64,000 nucleotides of DNA from the NCBI GenBank assembly GCA_965232515.1, contig CBDDPY010000002.1:5792001-5856000 (forward strand), written 5' to 3'. Source of the DNA: Alphaproteobacteria bacterium. Its GTDB lineage: Bacteria > Pseudomonadota > Alphaproteobacteria > GCA-2731375. Within the stretch, counting starts at the first letter, position 1. Each line of letters starts with the position of its first letter. The notes under the pieces are model-generated. The model searched no databases and was not told the DNA's origin. It saw only the letters and a program-made list of their open reading frames with translations. This document shows, in pieces, positions 1-8,759 of the stretch. The position numbers and the translations under genes are program-made.

Positions 1-1
1 G

Positions 2-277
2 GCAATCGAAGCATGGACCGCCGACATAGCACGGTCTTATGGCCTTCGGGGGATCACCGCAAATGTCGTTTCGCCGGGGCTAATTGAAAGCACAGAGTTC
101 TTTCATGGGAAGCTTTCCGATGATCGCCGGTCAGCCCTTACCGAGGCAACCTTTACAAAACGGGCGGGACAACCGGACGATGTCGCCGCTGTGGTGGCAT
201 TTCTCGCATCCCCGGAAGCGGGACACGTGACGGGACAAGTGATTCCGATTAACGGAGGTGCCCACCTCGCGCGATGA
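2..277 (+). CDS. SDR family oxidoreductase, 3' end (gene starts before the window)
   Basis: Frame 2 reads ...ARSYGLRGITANVVSPGLIES...RAGQPDDVAAVVAFLASPEAGHVTGQVIPINGGAHLAR*, a typical SDR C-terminus; not in the ORF track because it lacks a start. Confidence 0.9.
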   Translation, partial: AIEAWTADIARSYGLRGITANVVSPGLIESTEFFHGKLSDDRRSALTEATFTKRAGQPDDVAAVVAFLASPEAGHVTGQVIPINGGAHLAR

Positions 278-519
278 TCCATCGATGCGGTCATTGGGCC
301 TGTTTACGAAAAGAACCGACATTCCCGCCTGTGCCACGAATGACCGGAATGTCCGCATCTGGGACGTTGCAGTCTCAGCAGCCGACGTCTGGTCAGTCGC
401 CGAAACCGGGCGAAGCGGTTTATGTGTACACGGCCTAGAATGGTTGCACTGAGTTCTGCATCGGGTGGAAAGGCAGTGCGTGACGGTTTGCATCCGATCC
501 ACGTGTCTGACGCGAAACT

Positions 520-651
520 ATGTATACGCCGGCAGAAAAGACGATCGCCCGGATTGTGAAAGTCAATCACGCGGGCGAATACGGTGCGATCCGCATTTAT
601 CGAGCGCAGATCTGGGTTGCCCGCCGCATGCGATTGGCAGAACAAGGCTGA
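520..651 (+). pseudogene. Truncated Coq7/demethoxyubiquinone hydroxylase-family fragment
   Basis: MYTPAEKTIARIVKVNHAGEYGAIRIYRAQIWVARR then a stop at 43 aa; VNHAGEYGAxxIYxxQ matches the first di-iron helix of Coq7-like proteins. Confidence 0.7.
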
Positions 652-694
652 TCTGACAGCATAGGCGCCGGTTGTAGACACGGCGGGGTCGGGG

Positions 695-1867
695 ATGACG
701 GACAGCGTGAATGCCTTTGTGCCGGGCATGGAATTTCGAATCGAGGGCGCGTCCGGCGGACCGCTTACCGGGCTTACCTTTGCCGCGAAGGATCTGTTCG
801 ACGTCGCCGGCTATCCGACCGGCGGCGGCAATCCCGACTGGCAGCGTCAGAATCCGGTGCCCGAACGCCACGCCTGGGCCGTGCAGACGCTGCTCGACGC
901 CGGCGCGACGCTGATCGGCAAGACCGTCACCGACGAGGTTTCGCTCGGCATCCTCGGCGAGAACGCCTTCGACGGCACGCCCGTCAACAGCGCCGCGCCC
1001 GACCGGGTGCCGGGCGGCTCGTCCTCCGGCTCGGCCGCGGCCGTCGCCGCCGGCCTCTGCGACCTCGCGCTCGGCACCGACACCGGCGGCTCGGTGCGCG
1101 TGCCGGCGAGCTTCTGCGGCCTCTATGGTATCCGCCCCACGCATGGCCGGCTGGACTTGAGCGGCATGCTGCCGCAAGCGCCGAGCTCCGATACCACCGG
1201 CTGGTTCGCCCGTGACGCCGGCACCTTCGCCCGCGCTGCCGAGGTCCTGTTCGGCGAGCCGGCGCCGGAGGCGCTGCCGACCCGCCTGATCGTCGCCACG
1301 GACGCGTTCGGCTTCGCCGAGCCCGAGACCCGCGCCGCGCTGCGGCCGCTGGTCGACCGCCTCGGCGCCCTCGTCGGCGAGGTCAGCGAGGACATCATGG
1401 CGCCGCCCGGCCTGTCGGTCTGGGGCCGGGCCCAGCGCACGCTGCAACCGGCCGAAGCCTGGGCCACCTTCAAGGACTGGATCGAGCGCGACAATCCGCG
1501 CTTCGCCTTCAACGTCGCCCGCGGCCTGATCATGGGCGCTGATATGCCCGAGGGCGAGCTCGCCTGGGCCCGTCTGATGCGCCGCGAGGCCCGCGCCCGC
1601 CTCGAACACCTGCTGCCGCACGGCACGATCCTCTGTTTGCCGACGACGCCGTTCCCGGCGCCCAAGAAAAACCTTCCCCTGCCGGAACAGAATGGCTTGC
1701 GCGAGCAGATCCTCTGTCTCTGCGCCCATGGCGGCCTCGCCGGCCTGCCGCAGCTCAACATTCCCGGCGCCCACGTCGACGGCGCCCCCGTCGGCCTCTC
1801 CATCATGGCTGCCCGCGGCGCCGACATGACGCTGGTCGCTGTCGCGCGGTCGCTCGCGGAAGCATGA
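695..1867 (+). CDS. Amidase (amidase-signature family)
   Basis: AAKDLF catalytic Lys, PGGSSSGSAAAVAAG, LGTDTGGSVRVPASFCG. Confidence 0.93.
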   Translation: MTDSVNAFVPGMEFRIEGASGGPLTGLTFAAKDLFDVAGYPTGGGNPDWQRQNPVPERHAWAVQTLLDAGATLIGKTVTDEVSLGILGENAFDGTPVNSAAPDRVPGGSSSGSAAAVAAGLCDLALGTDTGGSVRVPASFCGLYGIRPTHGRLDLSGMLPQAPSSDTTGWFARDAGTFARAAEVLFGEPAPEALPTRLIVATDAFGFAEPETRAALRPLVDRLGALVGEVSEDIMAPPGLSVWGRAQRTLQPAEAWATFKDWIERDNPRFAFNVARGLIMGADMPEGELAWARLMRREARARLEHLLPHGTILCLPTTPFPAPKKNLPLPEQNGLREQILCLCAHGGLAGLPQLNIPGAHVDGAPVGLSIMAARGADMTLVAVARSLAEA

Positions 1868-1874
1868 ACCCAAC

Positions 1875-1943
1875 CGTCACACTGGCGCAGGCCAGGGTCC
1901 ATTGCTGCAGTCGTCATGGATGCCGGCCTGCGCCGGCATGACG
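1875..1943. repeat. REP-like palindromic element (GTCATGCCGGCGCAGGCCGGCATCCA type)
   Basis: Imperfect inverted arms cgtcacactggcgcaggccagggtccat (1875-1902) and atggatgccggcctgcgccggcatgacg (1916-1943), intergenic. Confidence 0.75.
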
Positions 1944-1963
1944 ACGAAGAGGAGGTTCGAGCA

Positions 1964-2368
1964 TTGGACGAATTCACCCCCAACATCCCCGAGGTCGTGG
2001 CCGAGGTTTCGGCGCTGTTCGAGCGCTACGAAAAGGCGCTCGCCGAAAAGAACGTCGACGTCCTCGACGACACCTTCTGGAACAGCCCGCACACCATCCG
2101 CTACGCCCTGCACGAGCACGGCTACGGCTTCGACCAGATCCACCAGCACCGCGTCGCCCGCCCGGCCGGACCCGGCCTGAAGGAAAAGCGCCTGCGGCTC
2201 GAGATCGTCACCATCGGCCGCGACTTCGCCACCACCAACCTCGAGTTCAAGGTCCGCGGCCACGACCTCACCGGCCGCCAGTCACAGACCTGGGTCCGCT
2301 TCCCCGACGTCGGCTGGAAGGTCGTCGCCGCCCACGTCTCCACCACCGACGGCCAGCCGCTGTGGTAA
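1964..2368 (+). CDS. AtzH/HpxZ-like (DUF3225, NTF2-like fold) protein
   Basis: NIPEVVAEVSALFERYEKAL...LDDTFWNSP..IRY...GRQSQTWVRFP..GWKVVAAHVS; TTG start after a GAGGAGG RBS. Confidence 0.88.
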   Translation: MDEFTPNIPEVVAEVSALFERYEKALAEKNVDVLDDTFWNSPHTIRYALHEHGYGFDQIHQHRVARPAGPGLKEKRLRLEIVTIGRDFATTNLEFKVRGHDLTGRQSQTWVRFPDVGWKVVAAHVSTTDGQPLW

Positions 2369-2375
2369 CGGCGGT

Positions 2376-3347
2376 TTAACCGAGCAGGCCGATCAGTCGC
2401 GCCAGCTCGTCGGCCTGCTCGGCGACGATCTCCTCGGCCTCCCGTTGCAGGTTGGCGACGTTGCCGGCGGCCGCCGCGTCCATGTCGTCGAGCGCCAGGT
2501 TCAGCCGCGTGTCGAAGCGGAAGTAGCGCTGTGCATCGCCCGCTTTGACGTCGGGCAGGAGTTGCCGCAGCTGATAGTCGGCCGCGTCGGCCTCGCCGTC
2601 CATCATGATGCTGATCACGGGCCGCACCCAGCCGAGCAGTCCCCAGTCCTTGGCGTCGTCGAACGGGATCTTCCGCGTCGCGACGCCGGTGCCGAGCGAG
2701 ACCATCAGCATGTCATCCGGCGCTTGCCCCATCGCCGCCGCCTCGGCGAAGGCGCTCATGCCGGGATTGTTGACGAAGACGCCGCCGTCGATCAGCGCCC
2801 GCCGCGTCGGTTTCTTGGCGAGGCTCTTGACCAGTTCCGGCTCGAAATAGGTCGGCGCCGCCGAGGTCGCCCGCGCGGCGTCGCGCAGGTAATGGTTGCG
2901 GTCCTTCTTTTCCTTCGCCCGCCGGGTCTTGAAGAAATAGGGTTCGCGCCGTTCGATGTCGTAGCTCGTCAGCATCACCGGCGTGAGGCAATCAGCCAGC
3001 GTCGCGTCGCCGAGATACTCCTTCAGCAGCTTTTCCAGCGGCGCTTCGTCATACTTCTCGTCGCCGATGCCGCCCAATGATGTGACGCCATCCCAGAGCG
3101 AGCGATCGAAGATCTCCCGCCCACGCTCGACATATAGCGCCAGCATGTCGGCCGCCGAAAACTTCGGCTTGCCGCCCGCGCCCGGCGCTGCCAGTCCCGC
3201 GGCCAGAATGCCGCCCGTCGACGTGCCGACGATCAGGTCGAACATTTTGGCGACCGGCTTGCCCGTCGCGCTTTCGAGATGCGTCAGCAGCGCCGCCGGG
3301 ATCACCCCGCGAATGCCGCCGCCGTCGATCGACAGAATCTTGAACAT
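2376..3347 (-). CDS. Patatin-like phospholipase
   Basis: ILSIDGGGIRG, GTSTG nucleophile, ATSAAPTYF, DGG catalytic Asp. Confidence 0.93.
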   Translation of the reverse strand: MFKILSIDGGGIRGVIPAALLTHLESATGKPVAKMFDLIVGTSTGGILAAGLAAPGAGGKPKFSAADMLALYVERGREIFDRSLWDGVTSLGGIGDEKYDEAPLEKLLKEYLGDATLADCLTPVMLTSYDIERREPYFFKTRRAKEKKDRNHYLRDAARATSAAPTYFEPELVKSLAKKPTRRALIDGGVFVNNPGMSAFAEAAAMGQAPDDMLMVSLGTGVATRKIPFDDAKDWGLLGWVRPVISIMMDGEADAADYQLRQLLPDVKAGDAQRYFRFDTRLNLALDDMDAAAAGNVANLQREAEEIVAEQADELARLIGLLG

Positions 3348-3433
3348 GCGCCCTCCGAATCGTTTTTTCCCATATTACGATCCGATTGTTTCCGCGTGAC
3401 GTCTTTGTAAGACATCGCAGCGGGCGCGTCGGT

Positions 3434-4549
3434 TCAGGCGACGATTTCGCCGAGTAGCCGGTTGACGTCGGCGGCGGCTTCCATGTGGGGCAGGTGGCCG
3501 GCGTCGACCAGGTGGACGGGGACGTTGGCGGGCAGGGCGTCGGCGTGCGCCGGCGGCAGGATGCGGTCCTGGCGGCCCCAGACGGCTTGCGCCGGCACGG
3601 CGAGGTCGCCGAGGCGGTCGGCCAGCAGATTGCTCTGCCGGCCGTCGGCGAAGACCCGGTCGGCGATGGCGCGCAGGCCGGCGTCGACACCGTCGAGGCG
3701 TTTGAACTTCAGCACGTCGTTGACCATGTCGCGGCTGACCAGGCTCTCGTCCGCCACCAGCATGGCCAGCACCGCCTTCATTTCCTTGCGGCGGCCGGCG
3801 GCGATGAAGCCGTCGATGTAATCCATGTTGATCTCGGGTCCCAGCCCGGCGGGCGCGATCAGCGTCAGGCTCGCGGCCCTTTCCGGTTGCGACAGCGCCA
3901 GTTCGGCGACGACGGCGCCGCCCAGCGAATGGCCGGCGAGATGGGCCGCGCCGATGCCGGCGGCCGCCATGAAATCGCCGACCGCCGAGGTCAGCGACGC
4001 CAGATCGCCTTCGCCAACGTCCTTGCCCGAAATGCCGTGTCCCGGCAGGTCGAGCGCATAGACCGCGCGGCCGTCTGCCAGCGCCGGCTGGTTGAAGAGC
4101 CAGTTGTTCATGTCGCCGCCGAAGCCGTGCACCAGCAGCAAGGGCGTGCCGTCGCCGTCGCCCACCTTCAGGAACGCCATCTGCCGGCCGCCGGCCTCGA
4201 TGCTCTCGGGCGCCGGCGCGGCCGCCGCGCTCTCCTTGGCGGCGACCGCGAACTCGGCCTGGAATTCGGCGACGTAGGCGTCGATGTCGGCGTCGGGCAT
4301 ATCAGCGTCGGCGATCACGCCCAGCAGCGCACCGACCGGCACGGTCTCGCCCTCGGGCACGACCTGCCGGCGCAGCACGCCGGTCTCCGTCGACTCGTAC
4401 GCGTTGGTGATCTTGGACGTCTCGATGTCCATCACCTCGTCGCCGTTTTTAACCGCGCCGCCTTCGTCCACATGCCAGGCCGCGACCATGCCCTCCTCCA
4501 TGGCCAGACCCCATTTCGGCATGGTGATCGCCCGGATCTCCCCGCTCAT
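3434..4549 (-). CDS. acoC: Acetoin dehydrogenase E2 component (lipoyl domain + alpha/beta hydrolase)
   Basis: MPKWGLAMEEG...IETSKI lipoyl-Lys motif, HGFGGD and GHSLGG hydrolase motifs; downstream of acoAB. Confidence 0.9.
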   Translation of the reverse strand: MSGEIRAITMPKWGLAMEEGMVAAWHVDEGGAVKNGDEVMDIETSKITNAYESTETGVLRRQVVPEGETVPVGALLGVIADADMPDADIDAYVAEFQAEFAVAAKESAAAAPAPESIEAGGRQMAFLKVGDGDGTPLLLVHGFGGDMNNWLFNQPALADGRAVYALDLPGHGISGKDVGEGDLASLTSAVGDFMAAAGIGAAHLAGHSLGGAVVAELALSQPERAASLTLIAPAGLGPEINMDYIDGFIAAGRRKEMKAVLAMLVADESLVSRDMVNDVLKFKRLDGVDAGLRAIADRVFADGRQSNLLADRLGDLAVPAQAVWGRQDRILPPAHADALPANVPVHLVDAGHLPHMEAAADVNRLLGEIVA

Positions 4550-4580
4550 CCCGTCCGCTCCCTTAGCTCTTGCCGCCGCG

Positions 4581-4679
4581 CTTCGAGACGCTTGCTGCGC
4601 AAGCTCCTCAGCGTGAGGTCAGTGCGTGTGACAACGCGAGACCTTATCCTGAGGAGGCCCGAAGGGCCGTCTCGAAGGA
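4581..4679. repeat. REP-like palindromic element (CCTGAGGAG...GTCTCGAAGG type) inside the aco operon
   Basis: Arms cttcgagacg...ctcctcagcgtgagg and ccttatcctgaggag...cgtctcgaagg are mutually inverted; lies between acoB and acoC. Confidence 0.75.
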
Positions 4680-5693
4680 TCACGCTCCGTACTGATGCAC
4701 CTCGCGCACCGCGGCCTCGATCTTGTCGGGCGTCGGCACGTAGAGGTCTTCCAGCTCCGGCGCGAACGGCACCGGCGTGTGCGGCGGCGTCACCTTCTTG
4801 ATCGGCGCCTTCAGCGCGCCGAAGGCGTTCTCGCTGATCAGCGCCGAGATGTCGGTCGCCATGTTGCAGCGCGGGCTCGCCTCGTCGACCACCACGACCC
4901 GGCCGGTCTCCTCGGCGCATTCGATGATGGTGTCGTCGTCGAGCGGCGAGGTCGTGCGCGGGTCCACGACCGTGCAGCTGATGCCGTCGGCTTCGAGCTT
5001 GTCCGCCACCTGGTTCGCGAACGTCACCATGCGGCCGATCGCCACGATGGTCACGTCGTCGCCCTCCCGCGTCAGGTTCGCCTCGCCGAAGGGGATCGTA
5101 TAGGCCTCGTCCGGAACTTCCTCTTCGTCGTCATACATCACCTTGTGCTCGAAGAAGATCACCGGATCGTCGTCGCGGATTGCCTGGATCATCAGGCCTT
5201 TCGCTTCGTACGGCGACGACGGGATCACCACCTTCAGCCCGGGCACGTGCGTGAATACCGGATAGAGGCACTGGCTGTGCTGGCTCGCGGCCCGGAAGCC
5301 GGCGCCGTACATGGTGCGGATCACCAGCGGCGTCACCGCCTTGCCGCCGAACATGTAACGGAACTTGCCGGCCTGGTTGAAGATCTGGTCGAAGCAGACG
5401 CCCATGAAGTCGACGAACATCAGCTCCGCCACCGGCCTGAGCCCCGTCGCCGCCGCGCCCGCCGCGGCGCCGATAAACGCGCTCTCGGTGATCGGCGTGT
5501 CGAGCACGCGGTCGCGGCCGAACTCCGGCGCCAGGCCCTTGGTCACGCCCAGCACGCCGCCCCAGGCATCGTCCTCGCCCGGCGCGCCCATGCCGCCGAC
5601 ATTGTCCTCGCCCATGACGATCACGGTCGGATCGCGCCGCATCTCCTGCGCCAGCGCTTCGTTCAGGGCATCGCGATAGGTCTTTTTGCTCAT
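4680..5693 (-). CDS. acoB: Acetoin dehydrogenase E1 beta subunit
   Basis: GEDDAWGGVLGVTKGL, DTPITES, AELMFVDF, RYMFGGKA. Confidence 0.92.
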   Translation of the reverse strand: MSKKTYRDALNEALAQEMRRDPTVIVMGEDNVGGMGAPGEDDAWGGVLGVTKGLAPEFGRDRVLDTPITESAFIGAAAGAAATGLRPVAELMFVDFMGVCFDQIFNQAGKFRYMFGGKAVTPLVIRTMYGAGFRAASQHSQCLYPVFTHVPGLKVVIPSSPYEAKGLMIQAIRDDDPVIFFEHKVMYDDEEEVPDEAYTIPFGEANLTREGDDVTIVAIGRMVTFANQVADKLEADGISCTVVDPRTTSPLDDDTIIECAEETGRVVVVDEASPRCNMATDISALISENAFGALKAPIKKVTPPHTPVPFAPELEDLYVPTPDKIEAAVREVHQYGA

Positions 5694-5705
5694 GACGCGC
5701 CTCCC

Positions 5706-6674
5706 TCAATAGGACACGTAGACATCGGTCGTCAGGTCCTCGGGACCCGGCGGCGGCGCGGCGATGGCGTCCGCTGTCGCCGTGTCGATCATGGCCGTCA
5801 CCTCGGCCTCGATCTCGTCGAGCTGTTCCGGCTCCAGCAGGCCGGTCTCGGTCACCCGCTGCCGGAACGCGGCCAGGCAGTCCTTCTCGGCCTTGATCGC
5901 GTCGACCTCGCCGTCGCCGCGGTAGGTCATGGCGTCGCCTTCGAAGTGGCCGTAATAGCGGTTCAGCGTCACGTGCAGCAGGCTCGGCCCGTTGCCGCTG
6001 CGGGCCCGGTCGATGGCTTCGCCGGCCGCGTCGTAGACGTCGAAGAAGTCGTGTCCGTCGACCGAGCGGGTGGCGAGCCCGAAGCCCTTGCCGCGCTCGA
6101 TCTGGCTGCCGCCGACCGACCACTCGCTCGCTGTCGACTCGGCATAGCCGTTGTCCTCGACCACGAAGATCGCCGGCAGGTTCCAGACCTTGGCGAGGTT
6201 GTAGGATTCGAGCGTCGTGCCCTGGTTCGAGGCGCCGTCGCCGACGAACGCGATGGCGACGCCACGGGTGCGGAGCGTCTTCGCGCTCAAGGCCGCGCCG
6301 CAGATCAGCGGCGGCCCGCCGCCGACGATGCCGTTCGCGCCCATCATGCCCTTCGCCAGATCGGCGATATGCATGGAACCGCCCTTGCCGCCGCACAGGC
6401 CGTCTTTTCGGCCATAGATTTCCTTCATCATGCCGCCGACGTCGCAGCCCTTGGCGATGCAATGACCGTGGCCGCGGTGCGTGCTGGCGATATAGTCGTC
6501 GTCGTTCAAGTGCAGGCAGAAGCCCGCGGCGGACGCCTCCTCGCCGGCATAGAGATGCACGAAGCCGGGGATCGACCCCGTCGCGAATTCGGTATGCACC
6601 CGGTCCTCGAACTGCCGGATGGTCTGCATGGTGCGATAGGCGTGGATCAGCGTGTCGCGGCTGAGCTGCAGCAT
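5706..6674 (-). CDS. acoA: Acetoin dehydrogenase E1 alpha subunit (TPP-dependent)
   Basis: PGFVHLYAGEEA, STHRGHGHCIAKG, GDGASNQG...N TPP motif, RYYGHFEGD. Confidence 0.92.
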   Translation of the reverse strand: MLQLSRDTLIHAYRTMQTIRQFEDRVHTEFATGSIPGFVHLYAGEEASAAGFCLHLNDDDYIASTHRGHGHCIAKGCDVGGMMKEIYGRKDGLCGGKGGSMHIADLAKGMMGANGIVGGGPPLICGAALSAKTLRTRGVAIAFVGDGASNQGTTLESYNLAKVWNLPAIFVVEDNGYAESTASEWSVGGSQIERGKGFGLATRSVDGHDFFDVYDAAGEAIDRARSGNGPSLLHVTLNRYYGHFEGDAMTYRGDGEVDAIKAEKDCLAAFRQRVTETGLLEPEQLDEIEAEVTAMIDTATADAIAAPPPGPEDLTTDVYVSY

Positions 6675-6926
6675 GCCGGTCTCCCTCCCGTTGTTGTTGC
6701 TTGTCGATGACGCCGTTGCGGCTTGTCGTTATGGCAAGAAGCTTAACGGAATTCCGGGCATAGGGAAGGGGAGAACCGTGACGCCCGCATCCGTCGCAAG
6801 ATTGTCACGGAGATCGGGCCCCTGTTCCGCCACGCCGACCGGGCGATCGCCCGTGTCTTGTTTGCGTCGGCGACGGAATACCCATTTATGCAAACACATC
6901 CGGTCGCCCGCAGTCGTGAATAGCCA

Positions 6927-8165
6927 ATGACCCGACCCATTGCCCTGCTATCCTTGTTACTGCTGCTGATCGCCGCCGGCACGCAAGCGGCGGAACGGCC
7001 GCTCGATGTCTTCGAGGCGGTCTGGCGCGAGGCGAAAGCCGGGATCTATCCGCAAGAGCTGGCTGCCAAGCATTTCACGGAAAGCCGCTACGACGCCCTG
7101 AAAGCGCAAGCGGCCACGGCCGAGGACCTTTACGCGCTCACGCCCGTCATCAACGATTTCCTGGCCGAGCTCGGCGTCTCGCACACCCGCTTCTATGACG
7201 ACAGCGCGTTCGCCTTCTATCTGTTCCGCTCCATGTTCACGACCCGCCGGCTCGACGATCCGGCCGTGCGCCACATCGGCGTCCAGCACGCGACGGTCGA
7301 CGGCGCCCATGTCGTGCGCGAAGTGCTGGACGGCTATCCTGCCGCCAAGGCCGGCCTGCGGCGCGGCGACGTCCTGCTGCAGGCGAACGGCCTGATCTAC
7401 GCGCCCGGACATGTCATCAATCCCGACGGCGGTACGGTCGACCTGCTGTTCCGCCGCAACGGCGCGGTCCGACGCGTCACCGTCGAGACCGTGCACGAGA
7501 ACCCGAACCGGTCGTTCCACGACGCCATGCTGAACAGCGCCACGACCTTCCGCGTCGCCGGCCGCGACGTCGGCTACGTCCATCTCTGGTCGGGCACGCA
7601 TCCGCGCATCCTGCGGTCGTTCACCGCCCTCATGCGCGACCGCTTCGCCGGCCACGACGCCATGATCCTGGACCTGCGCGGCGGCTATGGCGGCGCCTGG
7701 TACGACTATCTCGATCCCTTCTTCCCGGACCGCACGAGCTATTACCGGTTCACTGTCCTCGACCGCCGCGGCCAAAGCGAGCACCGCGCCGAGCCCCGGA
7801 CCAATCCCGACCATTTCACCGGACCGGTGGTCGTGCTGATCAACGAGGGCACGCGCTCGGGCAAGGAAGCGCTCGCCTACCAGTTCAAGACCTCCGGCCG
7901 CGCGCCGCTCATCGGCACGACCACCCGCGGCGCTTTCCTCGCCGGCCGCGCCATCTTCACCGACCCGGCCAAGCCCTACTTCCTGTTCCTCGCCGTCGCC
8001 GAGCCGCGCTTCGACGGCAACCGCCTGGAAGGCCGCGGCGTCGACCCCGACATCGCCGTCGCCTATCCCCTCGACCGCAGTCCCGCCACCGACCCGCAAC
8101 TCGCGGCCGCGCTCGCCGAAATCGAAAGGATGATGCAGGCCGATGGTCCGCCGTCACGCGACTAG
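6927..8165 (+). CDS. Secreted S41-family peptidase with PDZ domain
   Basis: Signal peptide, SHT motif, PAAKAGLRRGD PDZ, ILDLRGGYGG, INEGTRSGKE catalytic Ser region, LEGRGVDPD. Confidence 0.88.
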   Translation: MTRPIALLSLLLLLIAAGTQAAERPLDVFEAVWREAKAGIYPQELAAKHFTESRYDALKAQAATAEDLYALTPVINDFLAELGVSHTRFYDDSAFAFYLFRSMFTTRRLDDPAVRHIGVQHATVDGAHVVREVLDGYPAAKAGLRRGDVLLQANGLIYAPGHVINPDGGTVDLLFRRNGAVRRVTVETVHENPNRSFHDAMLNSATTFRVAGRDVGYVHLWSGTHPRILRSFTALMRDRFAGHDAMILDLRGGYGGAWYDYLDPFFPDRTSYYRFTVLDRRGQSEHRAEPRTNPDHFTGPVVVLINEGTRSGKEALAYQFKTSGRAPLIGTTTRGAFLAGRAIFTDPAKPYFLFLAVAEPRFDGNRLEGRGVDPDIAVAYPLDRSPATDPQLAAALAEIERMMQADGPPSRD

Positions 8166-8380
8166 GCCTCGATACCGCTGGCCGTTTGCGCGTCGATGAC
8201 AGACGAGAGTGCTTTGCAATCGATACATCTTCAGGTTTGGTTAATCGTCGGCGGCTAATGTTGAACCATTGGGGGTCGCGCGCTGCGGACACGGTTTGGT
8301 TGTCGGCGTGACCACTGGCTCGCCGGGCCGGCCGTTGTCCGCAACGTTTTCGAACGTCTTGTGAAGCGGAACAGCCGCCC

Positions 8381-8662
8381 ATGATGCATCGTTTCAAATC
8401 CAAGGCCGACCGCCGCGACGCCGTGCGGATCGAGCGGCCGAAGGACGGCCGGATCGTTCTCGACGACGGCGCCGCGCCCATCGACTGCCGCGTCCGCGAT
8501 ATTTCGACCACGGGCGCGCGCCTCGAATGCGAGGATGTCGCGGCCTGGCCGACGGAACTGGTGCTGCTGGACAGCGCCGGCAACCGGATCGACTGCGAGG
8601 TCGTCTGGACCTCCGGCACCGAGATCGGCGTCCGCTTCAAAACCCCGCGCCCGCTGTTTTGA
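8381..8662 (+). CDS. Single-domain PilZ protein (c-di-GMP receptor)
   Basis: RxxxR (RRDAVR) and DxSxxG (DISTTG) motifs, C-terminal VVW...IGVRF. Confidence 0.88.
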   Translation: MMHRFKSKADRRDAVRIERPKDGRIVLDDGAAPIDCRVRDISTTGARLECEDVAAWPTELVLLDSAGNRIDCEVVWTSGTEIGVRFKTPRPLF

Positions 8663-8759
8663 CCACAAAGACGCAAAGACACGAAGAAGCGAAGGGTTGT
8701 TAGGCGCTGCGCGCCAACCGGTCCTCTTTGGTTCTTTGTGTCTTCGCGTCTTTGCGGTT
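8662..8759. repeat. Long inverted repeat between convergent genes (CACAAAGACGCAAAGAC type)
   Basis: accacaaagacgcaaagacacgaag ... ctttgtgtcttcgcgtctttgcggtt are near-perfect reverse complements with an internal ~9-bp periodicity. Confidence 0.75.

Noticed and set aside
2376-3347. Patatin as a CBASS CapV-type anti-phage effector
   Set aside because: No CD-NTase, Cap2/Cap3 or other defence gene nearby; the neighbours are metabolic.
4695-6710. Long antisense ORFs (also 563-1873, 8738-10069, 23546-25183, 29280-30875, 43562-45814, 60634-62445)
   Set aside because: They mirror well-supported genes on the other strand, have Arg/Gly/Ala-rich non-protein-like composition and are expected in high-GC DNA.
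8662-8759. Short periodic repeats as a mini-CRISPR
   Set aside because: It is one inverted pair with no repeat-spacer array and no cas genes.
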